Origin: Naegleria gruberi
Taxonomy: Eukaryota
DNA length: 35,985 bases
Assembly: GCA_000004985.1 (NCBI GenBank)
Contig: GG739157.1
Strand: one strand, 5' to 3'
In this document: positions 31,401 through 35,985 of the stretch, one piece after another
How the letters are laid out: each line of letters starts with the position of its first letter
Numbering within the stretch: the stretch's first letter is position 1
Made by a program: the position numbers and the translations under genes
The notes under the pieces: model-generated
What the model was told of the DNA's origin: nothing
The model's input: only the letters and a program-made list of their open reading frames with translations
Database searches by the model: none

Positions 31401-34400
31401 NNNNNNNNNNNNNNNNNNNNNNNNNNNNNNNNNNNNNNNNNNNNNNNNNNNNNNNNNNNNNNNNNNNNNNNNNNNNNNNNNNNNNNNNNNNNNNNNNNNN
31501 NNNNNNNNNNNNNNNNNNNNNNNNNNNNNNNNNNNNNNNNNNNNNNNNNNNNNNNNNNNNNNNNNNNNNNNNNNNNNNNNNNNNNNNNNNNNNNNNNNNN
31601 NNNNNNNNNNNNNNNNNNNNNNNNNNNNNNNNNNNNNNNNNNNNNNNNNNNNNNNNNNNNNNNNNNNNNNNNNNNNNNNNNNNNNNNNNNNNNNNNNNNN
31701 NNNNNNNNNNNNNNNNNNNNNNNNNNNNNNNNNNNNNNNNNNNNNNNNNNNNNNNNNNNNNNNNNNNNNNNNNNNNNNNNNNNNNNNNNNNNNNNNNNNN
31801 NNNNNNNNNNNNNNNNNNNNNNNNNNNNNNNNNNNNNNNNNNNNNNNNNNNNNNNNNNNNNNNNNNNNNNNNNNNNNNNNNNNNNNNNNNNNNNNNNNNN
31901 NNNNNNNNNNNNNNNNNNNNNNNNNNNNNNNNNNNNNNNNNNNNNNNNNNNNNNNNNNNNNNNNNNNNNNNNNNNNNNNNNNNNNNNNNNNNNNNNNNNN
32001 NNNNNNNNNNNNNNNNNNNNNNNNNNNNNNNNNNNNNNNNNNNNNNNNNNNNNNNNNNNNNNNNNNNNNNNNNNNNNNNNNNNNNNNNNNNNNNNNNNNN
32101 NNNNNNNNNNNNNNNNNNNNNNNNNNNNNNNNNNNNNNNNNNNNNNNNNNNNNNNNNNNNNNNNNNNNNNNNNNNNNNNNNNNNNNNNNNNNNNNNNNNN
32201 NNNNNNNNNNNNNNNNNNNNNNNNNNNNNNNNNNNNNNNNNNNNNNNNNNNNNNNNNNNNNNNNNNNNNNNNNNNNNNNNNNNNNNNNNNNNNNNNNNNN
32301 NNNNNNNNNNNNNNNNNNNNNNNNNNNNNNNNNNNNNNNNNNNNNNNNNNNNNNNNNNNNNNNNNNNNNNNNNNNNNNNNNNNNNNNNNNNNNNNNNNNN
32401 NNNNNNNNNNNNNNNNNNNNNNNNNNNNNNNNNNNNNNNNNNNNNNNNNNNNNNNNNNNNNNNNNNNNNNNNNNNNNNNNNNNNNNNNNNNNNNNNNNNN
32501 NNNNNNNNNNNNNNNNNNNNNNNNNNNNNNNNNNNNNNNNNNNNNNNNNNNNNNNNNNNNNNNNNNNNNNNNNNNNNNNNNNNNNNNNNNNNNNNNNNNN
32601 NNNNNNNNNNNNNNNNNNNNNNNNNNNNNNNNNNNNNNNNNNNNNNNNNNNNNNNNNNNNNNNNNNNNNNNNNNNNNNNNNNNNNNNNNNNNNNNNNNNN
32701 NNNNNNNNNNNNNNNNNNNNNNNNNNNNNNNNNNNNNNNNNNNNNNNNNNNNNNNNNNNNNNNNNNNNNNNNNNNNNNNNNNNNNNNNNNNNNNNNNNNN
32801 NNNNNNNNNNNNNNNNNNNNNNNNNNNNNNNNNNNNNNNNNNNNNNNNNNNNNNNNNNNNNNNNNNNNNNNNNNNNNNNNNNNNNNNNNNNNNNNNNNNN
32901 NNNNNNNNNNNNNNNNNNNNNNNNNNNNNNNNNNNNNNNNNNNNNNNNNNNNNNNNNNNNNNNNNNNNNNNNNNNNNNNNNNNNNNNNNNNNNNNNNNNN
33001 NNNNNNNNNNNNNNNNNNNNNNNNNNNNNNNNNNNNNNNNNNNNNNNNNNNNNNNNNNNNNNNNNNNNNNNNNNNNNNNNNNNNNNNNNNNNNNNNNNNN
33101 NNNNNNNNNNNNNNNNNNNNNNNNNNNNNNNNNNNNNNNNNNNNNNNNNNNNNNNNNNNNNNNNNNNNNNNNNNNNNNNNNNNNNNNNNNNNNNNNNNNN
33201 NNNNNNNNNNNNNNNNNNNNNNNNNNNNNNNNNNNNNNNNNNNNNNNNNNNNNNNNNNNNNNNNNNNNNNNNNNNNNNNNNNNNNNNNNNNNNNNNNNNN
33301 NNNNNNNNNNNNNNNNNNNNNNNNNNNNNNNNNNNNNNNNNNNNNNNNNNNNNNNNNNNNNNNNNNNNNNNNNNNNNNNNNNNNNNNNNNNNNNNNNNNN
33401 NNNNNNNNNNNNNNNNNNNNNNNNNNNNNNNNNNNNNNNNNNNNNNNNNNNNNNNNNNNNNNNNNNNNNNNNNNNNNNNNNNNNNNNNNNNNNNNNNNNN
33501 NNNNNNNNNNNNNNNNNNNNNNNNNNNNNNNNNNNNNNNNNNNNNNNNNNNNNNNNNNNNNNNNNNNNNNNNNNNNNNNNNNNNNNNNNNNNNNNNNNNN
33601 NNNNNNNNNNNNNNNNNNNNNNNNNNNNNNNNNNNNNNNNNNNNNNNNNNNNNNNNNNNNNNNNNNNNNNNNNNNNNNNNNNNNNNNNNNNNNNNNNNNN
33701 NNNNNNNNNNNNNNNNNNNNNNNNNNNNNNNNNNNNNNNNNNNNNNNNNNNNNNNNNNNNNNNNNNNNNNNNNNNNNNNNNNNNNNNNNNNNNNNNNNNN
33801 NNNNNNNNNNNNNNNNNNNNNNNNNNNNNNNNNNNNNNNNNNNNNNNNNNNNNNNNNNNNNNNNNNNNNNNNNNNNNNNNNNNNNNNNNNNNNNNNNNNN
33901 NNNNNNNNNNNNNNNNNNNNNNNNNNNNNNNNNNNNNNNNNNNNNNNNNNNNNNNNNNNNNNNNNNNNNNNNNNNNNNNNNNNNNNNNNNNNNNNNNNNN
34001 NNNNNNNNNNNNNNNNNNNNNNNNNNNNNNNNNNNNNNNNNNNNNNNNNNNNNNNNNNNNNNNNNNNNNNNNNNNNNNNNNNNNNNNNNNNNNNNNNNNN
34101 NNNNNNNNNNNNNNNNNNNNNNNNNNNNNNNNNNNNNNNNNNNNNNNNNNNNNNNNNNNNNNNNNNNNNNNNNNNNNNNNNNNNNNNNNNNNNNNNNNNN
34201 NNNNNNNNNNNNNNNNNNNNNNNNNNNNNNNNNNNNNNNNNNNNNNNNNNNNNNNNNNNNNNNNNNNNNNNNNNNNNNNNNNNNNNNNNNNNNNNNNNNN
34301 NNNNNNNNNNNNNNNNNNNNNNNNNNNNNNNNNNNNNNNNNNNNNNNNNNNNNNNNNNNNNNNNNNNNNNNNNNNNNNNNNNNNNNNNNNNNNNNNNNNN

Positions 34401-34536
34401 NNNNNNNNNNNNNNNNNNNNNNNNNNNNNNNNNNNNNNNNNNNNNNNNNNNNNNNNNNNNNNNNNNNNNNNNNNNNNNNNNNNNNNNNNNNNNNNNNNNN
34501 NNNNNNNNNNNNNNNNNNNNNNNNNNNNNNNNNNNN
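4462..34536. other. Run of 30,075 N (unresolved or masked sequence), 84% of the window.
   Basis: Direct read. The 10,334-aa ORF that the six-frame track draws through it is an artefact of translating N. Confidence 1.
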
Positions 34537-35458
34537 GAGTGATTAAATTTTCAAACTTATCAAAAACCCATCTATCCAAAGATGATTTGTCATGCATTAC
34601 AAAGTCTTCCATCTCTGGGGGATAATTAAAAGTATCAATATGTTCTCCTTTAAATAAATGCACAACATCTGGTGATCCTATTTGAAGAACATAATTAGTT
34701 TGATTGAATGCACTATCAAATTCTATTGGATTTTCCTTCCAACCTGTTGTCACTGCACTGACATCTTCATAAAATCCTGCAATCATGGCCACATGACAAG
34801 GTCTTGATTCTGTTGGCACTCTAGTGTGAGAAATTCCAAAACTTGCCACTGATTCCATTTTAGATCTCAAGAATGGAGCTGAAACCTCTAAATCATCATT
34901 GAGAGAACTTTGTGAATCCAAACTTCCTTCATAAATACTATGAGGCACTGAAGCCACTTGTCTCTTCTTTTTCTGAATGAGAAATTGATACTTTTCAGAA
35001 TCCCCAACCATCTTGTCTTTATCACGAATAATCTCAAATAATTTATCAGCTCGTAAACCATCTCCGACAATGAAAATCAATCGTTTTGCAAACGGTGATG
35101 ATTGTCCACTATTCAGAGTAGATGAAGAATTATTAGTATACTGATCAAAACTATATTGATTCATTCCATGAACAATTGGTGATTTAAAATAAATATCAAA
35201 TATACTCATCATGTAAGCACAATGAAATATAATACCAACAATAATCACCAATAAATACTTGTTCCTCTCAAATGTAGTTGTTGTTGTTGTTTTAGAAGGG
35301 TCATTGTTAGAAGATGAAGATTTCTCCGTCGTACTAAGAGTTGTATTCTTGTTATCATCATCAGCATCATGTTTGTTATTATAATTATTACTATTATTTA
35401 CATCATCGTGCTGCTTCGCACCATGTAGCTTATCTTGTTGTTGTTGGTGGCTGATCAT
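34537..35458 (-). CDS. MCD4: GPI ethanolamine-phosphate transferase 1 (Mcd4/PIG-N family), N-terminal 307 codons. The remainder is lost in the N block.
   Basis: ATG at 35458-35456 (minus strand) is the first ATG after an in-frame stop at 35494-35492, with A-rich -3 context. I checked the translation by hand against the track: MISHQQQQDKLHGAKQHDDVNNSNNYNNKHDADDDNKNTTLSTTEKSSSSNNDPSKTTTTTTFERNKYLLVIIVGIIFHCAYMMSIFDIYFKSPIVHGMNQYSF...AKRLIFIVGDGLRADKLFE...APFLRSKMESVASFGISHTRVPTESRPCHVAMIAGFYEDVSAVTTGWKENPIEFDSAFNQTNYVLQIGSPDVVHLFKGEH.... It contains the hallmark Mcd4/PIG-N motifs: the first transmembrane segment followed by SIFDIYFxSPxVHGM, then IVGDGLRAD, then HTRVPTESRPxHVAMIAGFYEDVSAVTxGWK. 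Confidence 0.85.
35277..35291. repeat. Simple repeat (GTT)5 within the MCD4 coding sequence. It encodes the poly-Thr tract of a low-complexity N-terminal extension.
   Basis: Read directly. A second run, (TTG)4 at 35436-35447, encodes QQQQ at codons 5-8. Confidence 0.7.
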
Positions 35459-35942
35459 TTTTCTTTGTTGATGAACCAGTCCTACTTTGCTTTAATGAAC
35501 ACGTGTTTAAGTGACTGGATTTTTCTTTAATGTGTTTTGGAAAAGTATTCATCTGTGTGGCTTGCAATTTGAGGTGATTAGGAAAATTGCAAAAATCACA
35601 TTAACTCTATTATCTGTTCCTTTAACAAAATCGGTCTACGAGCTTTTTGGATAGAATGTTGTAAGGAATGGCTTTCATTGTCAATTCAAATTTTGACACG
35701 TTGCTTGTATTGGAAAAGAAATCAACTGTGTAGATCCTTCTGGAGTACCTGCGCTTAACAAGTCGTAGTTGAGCAGCTTGCTTTTTGTCATGCAAACAGA
35801 AGAGGTATTAATGAATTAATAACAATCTATTTGACAAGAAACAAGCAAGTGAACAAGACAAATAGTTTGGACTAATATTTGGTTTAAATTCAATTTTGTT
35901 TCATTTTTAGAATCATACCAGACAATCGAACAATCAGTTCCA
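35459..35942. promoter_or_regulatory. Divergent intergenic/promoter region (484 bp) upstream of MCD4, with a possible plus-strand gene start at 35943.
   Basis: Non-coding in all frames apart from trivial ORFs. It contains a CACGTG E-box at 35500-35505, the CGAGCTTTTTG 11-mer at 35639-35649, and the inverted repeat TATTAAT-GA-ATTAATA at 35806-35821. Confidence 0.5.
35500..35505. promoter_or_regulatory. CACGTG E-box, the consensus site for bHLH factors such as Cbf1/Pho4 in yeasts. It lies 42 bp upstream of the MCD4 ATG.
   Basis: Palindromic hexamer seen directly. The assignment to a specific factor is inference only. Confidence 0.25.
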
Positions 35943-35985
35943 ATGTTGAGGAATTGGACTCTAATGTTGAGAAATAACTCACTCT
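35943..35985 (+). CDS. Possible 5' end of a plus-strand gene (MLRNWTLMLRNNSL...) that runs off the right edge of the window.
   Basis: ATG at 35943 with 14 open codons to the window end. It is divergent from MCD4, with 484 bp between the two start codons. The N-terminus is Arg-rich, hydroxylated and free of acidic residues, which resembles a mitochondrial presequence. It is too short to confirm. Confidence 0.2.
   Translation, partial: MLRNWTLMLRNNSL

Noticed and set aside
34888-35070. 60-aa minus-strand ORF.
   Set aside because: It is an out-of-frame overlap inside the MCD4 coding region.
4454-35458. ORF-track call of a 10,334-aa minus-strand protein.
   Set aside because: It arises from translating 30,075 N as X. 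Only 34537-35458 is real coding sequence (the Mcd4 N-terminus). The stop at 4454-4456 is unrelated to that gene.
1-35985. Search for tRNA or rRNA genes, CRISPR arrays, transposon ends or LTRs in the readable 4.4 kb.
   Set aside because: There are no T-loop or D-loop-like conserved blocks, and no repeat-spacer periodicity. The only repeats are short coding microsatellites and the promoter motifs listed under features and findings. Codon bias, A-rich start contexts and long uninterrupted ORFs indicate a yeast-like eukaryote, so prokaryotic defence-system calls would be unfounded.

Overview
Only about 12% of this window is readable: 4,446 of 35,985 bases. Two N-runs, 1547-3010 (1,464 nt) and 4462-34536 (30,075 nt), hide the rest, and I make no calls inside them. 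The three readable islands (1-1546, 3011-4461, 34537-35985) look like a compact, intron-poor, AT-rich eukaryotic locus. Codon usage favours AGA for Arg, TTG for Leu, GGT for Gly, CCA for Pro and CAA for Gln. Start codons sit in A-rich contexts, and the proteins carry poly-Q/N/T low-complexity tracts. Together these point to a budding yeast (Saccharomycotina, possibly the Candida/Debaryomyces group), not to a prokaryote.

I can support three genes and one possible fourth:
- A large M16-family (insulinase/pitrilysin) zinc metallopeptidase on the minus strand. It starts at 3473, its reading frame is still open at the left edge of the window, and the 1,464-N block interrupts it.
- On the plus strand at 3817-4417, a small secreted protein that is clearly homologous to the N-terminal exclusion domain of cathepsin C (dipeptidyl peptidase I) but has no papain-like catalytic domain. 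Its frame breaks exactly at an A7 homopolymer. It is transcribed divergently from the M16 gene, 343 bp away.
- The N-terminal ~307 codons of a GPI ethanolamine-phosphate transferase 1 (Mcd4/PIG-N family) on the minus strand, starting at 35458 and running into the 30-kb N block.
- A possible plus-strand gene start at 35943, at the right edge.

There are no tRNA or rRNA genes, CRISPR arrays or mobile-element signatures in the readable bases. The most interesting items are the free-standing cathepsin-C exclusion-domain protein, which is unusual for a yeast, and an 11-mer (CGAGCTTTTTG) preceded by TCTA that occurs in both divergent promoters, once inside a 12-bp palindrome. Whatever lies in the 30-kb masked block cannot be assessed from this sequence.
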